Source: Mustelus asterias
Lineage: Eukaryota
Reading direction: 5' to 3'
Assembly (NCBI RefSeq): GCF_964213995.1
Contig: NC_135804.1
Span: 47,678,001-47,742,000 of the forward strand
DNA length: 64,000 bases
The position numbers were made by a program, and so were the translations under genes. This document shows, one piece after another, positions 37,541-48,859 of the stretch; position 1 is the first letter of the stretch; every line of letters starts with the position of its first letter. A model generated the notes under the pieces. The model did no database searches and was not told where the DNA came from. It saw only the letters and a program-made list of their open reading frames with translations.

Positions 37541-40500
37541 TTTCCCCATACTGACTGGAACTCCCTTACAACCAGGGGCTCGGATGGAGAGCAATTTGTT
37601 AGATGTGTCCAGGAGGGCTTTTTGATACAGTATGTTGAGAATCCAACCAAGGTAGGGGCCATACTAAATTTGGTATTGGGGAATGAGCCAGGCCAGGTGA
37701 TCAATGTTTCAGTGGGGGAGCATTTGGGCTTCGCGACCATAATTCCATAAGAGTTCGGGTAATCATGGATAAGGACAAGTGTGGCCCTCGAGTGAGGTGC
37801 TTAATTGGGCGAGGGCCAAAAAAAATCCAAATTAGACAGGAACTGGGGAATGTGCATTGGGAGCAACTATTTGAGGACAAATCCATGCCTGGTATGTGGG
37901 AGACTTTTAAAAGCCAATTGACTGAAGTGCAGGACATGCATGTCTCTGCAAAAATGAAGACTGCAAAATGGCAGGATTCAGAGCCATGGATGATAAGGAA
38001 AATTGTAAGCTTAGTCAAAAGGAAAAAGAGAAGTATATGATAGCTCTAGACAACTAAAAGCGGACGAAGCTCTTGAGGAATATAGCCCAAGTAGGAAGGA
38101 ACTTGAACGTGAAATTTGGAGGGCTAAAAGGGGTCATGAAATCTCTTTAGCAAACAGAATCCCAAGGCTTCTTATGCATATATTGAGGGGGTAGAAAGAG
38201 AAAGTGTAGGCCCACTCAAGGACAATGGAGGGAAATTATATGTGGAGACACAGGAAGTGGGCGAGACCCTTAAAGAGTATTTTGTATCAGTATTCACCAA
38301 GATTTTGATTTGTCACATGTATTAGTATACAGTGAAAATTGTTTCTTGTGCGCTATACAGATAAAGCATACCATACATAAAGGAGAGGGTGCAGAATGTA
38401 GTGTTACAGTCATAGCTAGGGTGTAGAGAAAGATCAGCTTAATATGAGGTAGGCCCATTCAAAAGTCTGATGGCAGCAGGGAAGAAGCTGTTCTCGAGTT
38501 GGTTGGTACGTGACCTTAGACTTTTGTATTTTTTTCCCAACAGAAGGTGGCAGAAGAGAGTATGGGGTCCTTGATTATGCTGGCTGCTTTGCCGAGGCAA
38601 CAGGAAGTGCAGACTGAGTCAATGGATGGGAGGCTGGTTTGCGTGATGGACTGGGCTTCGTTCACGACCCTTTGTAGTTTCTTGGGGCCTTGGACAGAGC
38701 AGGAGCCATATCAAGCTGTGATACAACCAGAAAGAATGGTTTATATGGTGCATCTGTAAAAGTTGGAGAGAGTCGTAGCAGACATGCCAAATTTCCTTAG
38801 CCTCCTGAGAAAGTAGAGGCTTTCTTAACTATAGCGTTAGTGTGGAGGAACCAGGACAGGTTGTTAGTGATCTGAACATCTAGAAACTTGAAGCTCTCAA
38901 CCCTTTTTACTTCACCCCCGTGATGTAGACCTCCATTACGCTTCCATCTCCCAAGGACTATCTCCTTTGTTTTGCTGACATTGAGGGAGAGTTTATTGTC
39001 GTTGCACCAGTTCACCAGATTCTCGATCTCTTTCCTGTACTCTGTCTCATCATTGTTTGAGATCTGATCCACTATGGTGGTGTCATCAACAAACTTGAAA
39101 ATCAAGTTGGAGGGGAATTTGGCGACAGTCACAGGTGCATAAGGAGTATGGTAAGGGGCTGAGGACACAGCCTTGTGGGGCACTGGTGTGGAGGATGATT
39201 GTGGAGGAGGTGTTGCTTATCCTTACGGATTGCGGTCTGTAGGTTAAGTAGTCTAGGATCCAGTTACAGAGGGAGGAGCCGAGTCCCAGGCCATGGAGTT
39301 TAGAGATGAGTTTTGTAGGAATAATGATATTGAAGGCTGAGCTGTAGTCAATAAATAGGATTCTGACATGGGTGTCTTTGTTATCTAGGTTTTCCAGGAT
39401 TGAGTACAGGGCCAGAGAGATGACAAATGCTGTGGACCTGTTGCAGCGATATGTGAACTGTTGTGGATCTAGGCGTTCTGGGTGGCCAGAATTGATCGTG
39501 CCATGACTAACTTTTCGAAGCACTTCATAATGATGAATGTCAGAGCCACCGGACAATAATCATTAAGGCAAGCTGCCTGGCTTTTCTTCTGTATGGGATG
39601 ATGGTCATCATCTTGAAGCAGATAGGGACCTCAGATTGGTGCAAAGAGAGGTTAAATATATCTGCAAATAACCCCGCCAGCTGGTCCATGCAGGATATGA
39701 GTGCTTATCGGGTACCCCATCTGGGCTTTCCATGGGTTGACTTGTTTGGATTTCTTGTTCAAGTCAGGGTCATCTGACTTGAACACCTCAGAGCTGGACT
39801 TCAGCAAGCAGTGGACATCCCTGTTCAACCATGGTTTCCAGTTGGGAAACACACGGATTTGCTTCTTTGGCACATAATCTTTGACACACTTACTAATTAA
39901 GTCAGTTACTGTAGTGGCGTACTCGTCCAGGTTGGCTGCTGAGTTTTTAAAAATTGACCAGTACATTGACTTTAAGCAGTCCTGTAGGAGGTTATCTGAT
40001 TCCTCAGACTAACATTGCATGACTTTATCGGATTCTCCCGTTTCAGTTTTTGCTTGTAAGCCGGGAGCAGGCGCACAGCCTTGTGGTCTGATTTGCCAAA
40101 GCATGGGCGGGTGATAGAGTGGTAGGCATGTTTTATATTGTGTAGCATTGGTCTAGAATGTTTGGGCCTCTGGTAGAACAGGGGACATGTTCGTGGTATC
40201 TTGGTAGGACACTCTTGAGCTTGGTCTGATTGAAGTTCCTGGCCATGATGAAGCCTTGGGATGTTCCATCTCAAGACTATTTGTGGCGGTACATATTTCA
40301 TTCGGCGTGGTCTGCACGTTCGCATCGGATGGTATGTAAACTGCCATCAGGATAACGGAGGTGAGCTCCCGCAGAAGGTAGTAGGGGCAGCATTTTAGCA
40401 CCAGCTATTTTAGGTCCGGGGAGCAGAAACTCGCCAGCGTTGCTACGTCTAGGCACCAAGAGATGTTGATTCGAAGGTAGACCCCACCTCCCTATCCATA

Positions 40501-42278
40501 CCCGGGGCGCTGCACAGTCCATTTGGTGGATTGAGAAGCCCTCAAGTTCTAGGGCACAGTCCGGTGAAACAGAGCACACAGTAATCTCTCAGTTCCCTTT
40601 GAAAAGCAAGTCTGGTTTTAAGTTCATCTAGCTTGAGAAGGGCATGACGGATGTGGAGTCAGAGATGGGTGTGTGAATGCTCTGGAGAATGTCAATATAT
40701 TGAAAGAGGAAGTGTTGGGTTTCCTAAATTGCATTAAGGTAGACAGATCCCCAGGGCCGAATGGGATCTATTGCAGGTTACTGCAGGAGGCAAGGAAGAA
40801 ACAGCTGGGGCCTTAACAGATATCTTTCCATCCAGAGGATCAACGACCGACGTTCCAGAGGACTGGAAAATATTCAATGTTGTTCCCTTGTTTAAGAAAG
40901 GAAGAGATAATCCAGGAAATTATAGGCTGGTGAGCCTGATGTCTGGGGTGCGGAAACTTTAGGAGAAGATACAGGACGCACATTTGGAAGAAAATGGACT
41001 AATGACAGGCAGTGTGGTTTTATATAGGGAAGGTCATATCTCACCAACTTGAATGAGTTTTTTGAAGAGGTGACAAAGTTAACTGATGAGGGAAGGGCTG
41101 TACATGTAATTTATATGGACTTTAGCAAGGCGTTTGACAAGGTCCCACATGGCAGACTGGTACAAAAGCTAAAATCACATGAGATTTGGGATGGATACAG
41201 TACTGGCTTGGTCATAGAAGAGAGAGAATAGCGGTGGAAGGGTGTTTTTCAGAATGGAGATCTGTAGTTAGTGGTGTTCCGCAGGGATCAGTGCTGGGAC
41301 TTCTGTTGTTTGTAGTATATATAAATGATCTGGAGGAAAATGTGGGTGGTATGATTAGTAAGTTTGCAGATGACACAAAGATTGATGGCATTGCTGATAG
41401 TGCCAGGGATTGTCAGAGGATATAAAAGGATATAGATAGACTGGAGACTTGGGCACAGAAATGGCAAATTGAGTTTAATCTGGACAAATGCTAGGTGATG
41501 CATTTTGGAAGACCAAATTTAAATGTGAATTACATTGTAAATGGCAGAACCCTTAGGAATGTTGACATACAGAGGGATCTGGGTGTGCAGGTCCACAGTT
41601 CCCAAAGTGATAACACAGGTGGCCAAAGTGATTAAGAAGGCACATGGCATGCTTGCTTTCGTCAGCCGGGGCATTGAGTACAAGAGATGGCAAATCATGT
41701 TGCAGCTATAGACAATCTTGCTTAAGCCACATTTGGAGTATTGCGTGCAGTTCTGATTGCCACACTACCAGAAGGGCATCGAAGCTTTGGAGTGCAAACG
41801 TTCACCAGGATGTTGCCTGGTCTCGAGGGTGTTGGCTATGAAGAGAGGTTGAATAAACTAGGTTTGTTTTCATTGAAAAGACAGAGGCTGAGGGTTTTCC
41901 TGAGAGAGGTCTACAAAATTATGAGAGGCATATACAAGGTGGATAGTCAGAGGCTTTTTCCCAGGGTGGAAGTGTCAATTACAAGGGGGCACAGGTTCAA
42001 GGTGAGGGGGGGGAAGTTTCAAGGGTGGTGTGCGGGGAAGATTTTAACGCAGAAAGTGGTGGTGCCTGGGACCTGCTGCCAGAGGAGGTGATAGAAGCAG
42101 GCACATTAGCAACATTTAAGAGACATCTAGATGGGTACATGAATAGGGAGGGAATAGAGGGATCTGGACCAGGTAAGGCTAGACGGTTCTTTTTAGTTTA
42201 GTTAGGGCATCATGATCAGCACAAGCTTGGAGGACTGAAGGGCTTGTTCCTGTGCTGTACTTTTCTTTGTTCTTTGTT
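37541..42278 (+). mobile_element. 5'-truncated CR1 interrupted by Rex1
   Basis: APE end (QFVRCVQEGFL, LGNEPGQV), RT (YMDFSKAFDKVPHG, PQGSVLG, KFADD), TTCTTTGTTCTTTGTT tail. Confidence 0.95.
38302..40634 (-). mobile_element. Rex1/Babar LINE, degenerate
   Basis: [45 protein letters not shown]; tail ACATGTGACAAATCAAAAT. Confidence 0.93.
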
Positions 42279-42319
42279 ACACAGGCTTACGTACTTGGTC
42301 GAGGCTCCAGAACACCTCT

Positions 42320-42346
42320 GGAGAGAGAGAGAGAGAGAGAGAGAGA
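42320..42346. repeat. (GA)n microsatellite within the LTR
   Basis: About 12-13 GA units. Confidence 0.95.
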
Positions 42347-42919
42347 CCTATTACTCCAAGCAGGGCCCAAACATCAGCCGAGAGCACGAGGGGGTGACAC
42401 CTCTTGCTTCTTTCAGAACTCAACAGCAACTGCCTGCTTGTCCCTGGAAGTTTAGCTCCTCCCCTTAATACATGAACAACTGTCAATCAAATAACCAAAA
42501 CCCCACTCTGAAACCACAGGGAGAAATTCAACTAAACAAAAATGCATCAACTCAGATTAAAACAAACACATCCCGAGCTAAAATCAATCAATCATTAGCT
42601 GCATTCTCAGCATGTGAGCTGCCTGTTTTGCAGACAAATCAGCACTGTGTAAAACAGCTGAATTTTAAACATACCTCTCACAAAAAACATGATATAAATA
42701 CATTTCTTAAAGAAACAGTACAATTCCAGTATTCCCATAATATCGGTGATTAATCCAAAATATATCACCCAATTTGGAAGATGTCTTGCGCTGCATCCTA
42801 CTGCGCTGATAAGCTTCTACAGTATTTGTTTGTTTAACATTTCCCAGAAGCTTTGACCAAATTCTGACAGGTAGTGCCAATTTGTTATCCAATGAAAAAC
42901 AATAGTTTTGGTCAGTTTG

Positions 42920-43330
42920 CAAAAAGATCTTCCACAGGAAGATGGACTGAAGAAGCAAAGGCTGTTCCCCTGGAAGGAGAGACTCGCTGAGCCAAATGGC
43001 CTACTTCTGCTCCTCTGTCTTATGGTCCACGTCTTATGGAGGGGAGATTCTGAAGAGACTTGATAGAGGTGTTCAAAATCATGGGCAGAGTAGATGGAGA
43101 GAAATTGTTCCCATAGGTGAAATGATCTGGAGACACCAATTTAAGATAATTGGCAAAATGATGACATGAGAAAAAAAGCAAATGGTTAGGTTTTGGAATG
43201 CATGGCCTGAGAGTATGATGCAAGCAGATTCAATTGAAGCCTTCAAAAGAGAATTGGACAACTATTCGGAAAGAAAAGAAACATGCAGGTCTAAGGGAAG
43301 AGACAGGTTAATAGCACCAGGTGAGTTGCT
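42920..43330 (+). mobile_element. Old CR1 3' fragments
   Basis: gagacttgatagaggtgttcaaaatcatg, gattcaattgaagccttcaaaagagaattgga. Confidence 0.7.
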
Positions 43331-43489
43331 CTTTCAGACAATTGGAAACTCACCGATATAAAAGAATTCTCACGTTCACTTGGCCAAAAACAGATGTATT
43401 ATCAATAAAAAATTATTTCATTTGCATAAAAAGCACAAAAGTAACTGATGCTACAAACAAGAAAGAAACCGAAGGTAGCCACACAGTAG

Positions 43490-44647
43490 TGTAACAGACA
43501 AGTGTTTCGATCCCAATGTTATAACTGGATGGGAATATTCCAGAATGGAACACTGGCTCAAAATACCACAACGAATACTATTTTGTTATAAAAGTGGAGA
43601 AACGGAGTCATTAAGAAAAAAATGTTTATTAAACATGAAAAAAATAATCGATGATACAATATGCCTTTATTCACCCTTAAAATCTGTGTATAATTGTTAA
43701 ATTAAGATTAACACAGATTACAAAGTACATCTTTAACTACAACGGTCTCATGAACACAAAGTCGCTTTAAGCACACAGGTCAAATATACATACTCTGCTC
43801 TGAACCCAAGTTGATGTCTGTGGATTTATCCTCAGAATCCCCTCAGATGACTGACACACAAGAATTTCCAAACTCCCCTCCCAAGAACACACTTTAAAAT
43901 CCTTTCATCGTATTGCTTTCCATTAGGAGTTTGCACTCCACGTTCCAGGACATGTTTTCCAGATGACTCTTAAACAAAGCTTCCACTTCACTTTTAACAG
44001 TGAATCCAGTCCAAGGTCTACATCACCCCCCCTTAGAATGTCTTTGTCTTGACTGCTGTACAAACTGTTCATAATTGCTTTAATTCTGAACTCCCAGACT
44101 ATTAAAATGGCATCAAACTTTTGATTTACCTCTGAAGTCTGTTACACCACTTTAAATCTGGTTACTACAATTGTCTCTAACTTTGTGTACTCTTCCTTGA
44201 ATTCTTCTGAACATTATCTTGGCCTCTGTTCTCTTAAAACATTCTTTCTGTCCTAATTCCTTCGTTATCTGGGCTGTAACTGGTTCCTTGGAAGTTAGCA
44301 GTCTTTGCAGCTCTCTTGTCCTGACTAGCGTCTCCTGGCAGTGTTGAGAAATGTTCACTCCTTGGTGACCTGTCTCCAACTGTCAACAAATTCAGCTAGA
44401 ACTCGCTCTCTGCTAAGCAACCACTGCTAGTTTCTTTACTTTTCATGCTGTAGCCCTCACTAAGCACAGAAACACAATTGGAACTGACCCCACCCATACA
44501 AACACCTTTTCTAGCATGAATTTAACTATAGGTTTTACCCTTTCTTCCACAGAAACATTAGATTAAACCCACTGAAAACTACATCTTATTTCTAATGTTT
44601 ACCAATAGAAATATAAATCCCTTAAAACTACCTTTGTTTTCCTGACA
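43490..44647 (-). mobile_element. Probable solo LTR (about 1.16 kb)
   Basis: TGT...ACA termini, AATAAA on the minus strand near 43625 about 135 bp from the 3' end; TSD not preserved. Confidence 0.55.
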
Positions 44648-45480
44648 CAAGACAGACAAATAGTTCCAGCCTCCTAAGGAAGTCTTGACGGGAGAGTGTT
44701 CTTCATAACTTTGCCCATACACCAAAGAATACAATTTATTGGTGATATGCTGAGCATAATGATCAAATATTACATGTCACAGGAATGAAATATTTTGAAG
44801 TATAATCACATATTTCTGAGGAAACGCTAAATACAACATAGCCTGAAAAAACTAAAAATATCTACAGAATCACCAATACAAATAATGGTGACATACACCA
44901 ATTTAGTTTCAACTTAATCACAAGGTTTGCAAACTGACCCCACACTCACATCCACACTTTTTGCTTAATGCTCATTTTTCATTTCCCTAATTGATGTATT
45001 ATGATTTTGATAAGATATTTTAATTAACATTTGGAAGACCTCACCATTTTCAGAAAAGTCATGACTTTTAAAAAATAATGCTTTTCACATGTTTTATACC
45101 TAACTGACTACAACCAGAGGGAAGCATTTTAAACAAAAATATAGGTTAAAAAGATCAGCGCTGTCAAAATAGTTTGGCAAACTTGCAGTATGAACCAACT
45201 TAACTACAAATTAGTAATAGTCAAACACCGCAGCAATATTAACAGGGAGAGCAGAAATTTCTCATCTCTGATAGATAGGTCGTAGAAGTTGGAACTGTTC
45301 TCTTTGGAGAAGTTTGAGAGATTTGGCACAGGTATTCAAAATCATGAGGCCAGAATAGATAGGGAAACACTGTTCACATTGGTGGAAGGATTGAGAACCC
45401 GGGGGAACAAATTAAAATTATTTAGCAAAAGAAGTAAAGACGACAGGAGGAAAAACTGCTTAATGCAACAAGTAGTTAGT

Positions 45481-45635
45481 ATTATAACCGCAAAATACTG
45501 CGGATGCAGGATTCTGAAACAAAAAAAAACAGAAAAATGGTGGAAAATCTCAGCAGGTCTGACAGCATCTGTGGAGAGATAGTAGAGCCAACGTTTCGAG
45601 TCTAGATGACCCTTCGTCAGAGCTGACGAAGAAGG
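45481..45635 (-). mobile_element. Young Penelope-like pseudo-LTR with a short 5' inversion
   Basis: CpGs retained; inverted junction CTTCGTCAG-AG-CTGACGAAG. Confidence 0.85.
45586..45624 (-). ncRNA. Minimal type I hammerhead ribozyme, apparently intact
   Basis: AGCU-CUGACGA-A-GGGUC-AUCUA-GACUC-GAAAC-GUU-GGCU: stem I, full core, 5-bp stem II, palindromic AACGUU stem III. Confidence 0.8.
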
Positions 45636-46321
45636 TTAGCATTGCCCGAGAGTGTGGTGGAGGCAGGTTCAATCGAAGCATTCAAGAGGAAATTGGATTA
45701 TCTAAAAGGCATAATATGTGCATGGCTATGGAAAGGTGGTGAGGGAAGCGGCACTAGGCGAATTATTCCTTTAAGGAAGCAACACAGAAATGACAGTTCA
45801 AATGACCTCCTTTTATGCTACAACTGTTTGATCATTCTACAAAGTGTAGCCTGTGTGAAACTTGCTTCGTTACTTCACATAACAGAAATCACCAACAATA
45901 AATGACCTTTTTAGTCTTGTGCCATTATAATTAAGGTGGTGGCATCCTCTAATAATGCAACCTCTGAAATACAAGAGTCTTGTCACACAAAGAGCACACA
46001 TTGGGAGAATAAATGAGTTTCAAGTTTCCTGAAGAAACTCGCTGACACCATAATTTGTAACTTGTTTTGATGACTCAAAGAAACAGAAAGTTCCTTTGAT
46101 AACCTCCAACGTTAGCTCAGATAATAGACCAAATTGAATTTGTCTGCACTGTCATTATGATGTGCATGGAAGAATTTAAAAAGTCCGCAGAAACATATGT
46201 CTGTAGAATTGACCCATTTGCCAACAATGGGTTGAATTTTATCTTGTTGAATTTCAAAAATTGTAATTTTGAATTTATCATGATCAACACATTTTCTACA
46301 GCACATATCAGGCACCAACTA

Positions 46322-46532
46322 AAAGGCAAAATACTGCTGGAATCTGAAATACAGAAAATGCTGGGAAAACTCCGCAGGTCTAACAGCATCTGTGCAGGGA
46401 GAATAGAGTCAACGTTTCAAGTCTGGATGGCTCTGACAAAGGGTCAGCCAGACCCAAAACGTTGGCTCTATTCTCTCTCCACAGATGCTGTCAGACCGGC
46501 TGAGGTTTTCCAGCATTTTGTTTTTGTTTCAG
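46322..46532. mobile_element. Palindromic Penelope-like element (two inverted pseudo-LTR arms)
   Basis: Arms about 46342-46430 and 46443-46532 are reverse complements; decayed hammerhead CTGACAA...CAAAAC. Confidence 0.85.
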
Positions 46533-47800
46533 GCAGTAACTTGTTGCAACAACCCAGTTGTTTTCACATACCATTGCTCACAACAGAGAACTAACTGCAC
46601 GCTGCATACGTACCAGTTGTGCCTGTCCTGCCCCAATAAGACTCCACATGGCCCCTACTTCTGGTGGTGCAGCCTTGATAGCTCATGGATCTTAACCCCA
46701 TTTGCACATTTATTTCTTCTTTGCTGGAATGTCCTGATTCTTTTGCATAGTTGGCCAAAATATCCTAAATCAAGATACCAGACTCAGATAGCATCAGTTT
46801 GAGATGTACACAAAGTAATAGAATTAAGTTTTACATGTGGCCCTAGAGGATCCATGGTCTGCACCAATGCAACTGCTGGCAACAGCATACCGTCAGCTAA
46901 GAGGAAGTACACTTGTGTTGAGAACTGACCATTTTCCTTTTCATCGGGATTACCTCAGCTACAAGCTGCTTTGATACTACATAAATTTGGTTTGCTTTAC
47001 AGAAGGTTTATTTGGAAGACAGAATTTCTAGTGCAGTGGAAAATAATGGAAATTTCAAATGAGTACATTTCAAACTAACTATTCAAATCATGACAGGGGT
47101 TCAGACTAATTTCTGCCAAACTAACAAATCATACCCCCTATACCATGTGGCTTCCTATACAGCTAAAATTAATGATACACCTAGAGAATTCCCAGTTATA
47201 GAATAATAATATTCAAAAATGAAAACTGAGCTATAGCTTCGAAGTTGCAAACATTTTGGCCACCTTCCATTTACAAATCATCAGGGGTTCATTCAACAAG
47301 CTTTCCAATGATAATCAAGCTTTCACATAGCTAACGGAATTGGGTTTAACAAAAAGATTGAGGGAAATAGATCCCATTTTTGCTACCAAAAGCAAGATAA
47401 CATTTTAACCTGAATGGGTCCGTATCAATGCAAATTATCAAAATGTATAATTTATCACAAGTTGCCACCCATCTTTGAAATATTTTCTTGCTAGGTGCTG
47501 TTACTTTAACAGCTTGGTGTCCTTTGGAGATCTTGTCCAAGAAAAATCAGCTGTAAATAGGCTGATGTCATGTCCAAAATGCTTATCTCGGCGATGAAGG
47601 ATGTCAAAGAAATGACAGAAATTCATCGACTGCCAAAGGAATCACTCAAGTGTCAGAGTAGTATGTGTGCAGTATGAGTTCTAGTTTCAATTCACCAGTT
47701 TCGACAGGCTGAAGCTGGTCAACACATTTCACCAGCTTGAGAAAATTACAGCAGGAGAAATAAATTCTAAGCTGTGCATTCCCCGAGTGGAAAAAAAAAT

Positions 47801-47839
47801 CGCATGTGCATGCACGCACGTGCACACGCATACACACAT
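47801..47839. repeat. Alternating purine-pyrimidine tract
   Basis: CGCATGTGCATGCACGCACGTGCACACGCATACACACAT. Confidence 0.85.
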
Positions 47840-48859
47840 TTTATTTAATTACAGGCATTCTTTTAGAACGATTGATATATGCATACAAAATTACTATTGT
47901 GACAGAATATGATGTCATCGTCAAGAAGAAAATCCCTTCCCCCACACAGCAGCCCCTGAAACACAGGATCAGCTAGAGAACTGGATATAATGCTGTGCTA
48001 GTGGCTAAGTATTCAGTTAAAACTTGATAATTTACCCTTTTGCTGTTATTCCCTCACCGCCTTCTTCCCATCACCAAATGTGCACCGATTCGTCTAAACT
48101 ACAATGTTGAAAATAATTAATGCCTGCTCAGTGTGCACGGTAAAGGGAATCAGGCAGCTCTTACATTCTCATTGTCTGCTTCAACTGTAGTTCATTCAGG
48201 TAGCAAATAATTAGTCACAAGGCACTCGGTAGTAAAAGATTCTATAAGGGGAAACAGTCGAAGACAGAGGAATTGCCATGATTTACAGATAGTGAGCGTG
48301 GCATTTCCAGATGAAATCTGATGCTGTCAACTGCTGTGTTGATTTGCCAAAGCTGAAGTACAAATTCAGCTCGGGGCTTGAATAAATTTAAAATTCTATT
48401 AAATTAAATTGATACAATGGCATTTCTCCAGGTTGTCCATTACTAGCCACACAAAGTGCTTTTGGTCTTAGTGGAGATGAAAAGGCAACTTGAAGCTATC
48501 ACAAATGATAGTGTGTGATGACGACAAAGCCTACCTGTGTTTCAGTCAACTCTCCTGCATGGCTATTCCTGCCATCATTCAATGTTACATCTGTTGGAGA
48601 AACATGGCGGAATCTTATTTTGTTGGACTTCAAGGCGAGGGTAATCAGTGCTGAAGAATTAGAGCATTCCTCACTGTTTGCATCTAATCAAGCATTCCCA
48701 GGTCAAGTGTAAAACTGGTCACATGCAGAGAAAATTCCTTCCCAAAGTTCTAATGTTTTCACCCCCCCCCCCAATGCAATAAATGCCCCATGGCATATAA
48801 ATTATAATCTTTTCATTTGCCACAGCAGTTACATTTCGAACCACAGACTAGAGTTACTA

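Larger units (their letters stand above)
37452..42728 (-). mobile_element. Solo LTR split by a CR1 (pieces about 37452-37538 and 42279-42728)
   Basis: Both ends align by eye to the reverse complement of the 18301-18990 LTR ends (TGTTAAGGTATGGATCAGAAAC; TCTTAAAGAAACAGTACAATTCCA). Confidence 0.65.
45270..45840 (+). mobile_element. Old CR1 3' fragment with a Penelope insertion
   Basis: LFTLVEGLRTRG, PESVVEAGSIEAFKRKLD. Confidence 0.8.

Noticed and set aside
46157-46594. 145-aa ORF
   Set aside because: Runs through the palindromic Penelope element; no domain recognised.
47998-48012. AGTGGCTAAGT resembling miR-27
   Set aside because: 11-nt partial match without the 5' seed start or a hairpin.
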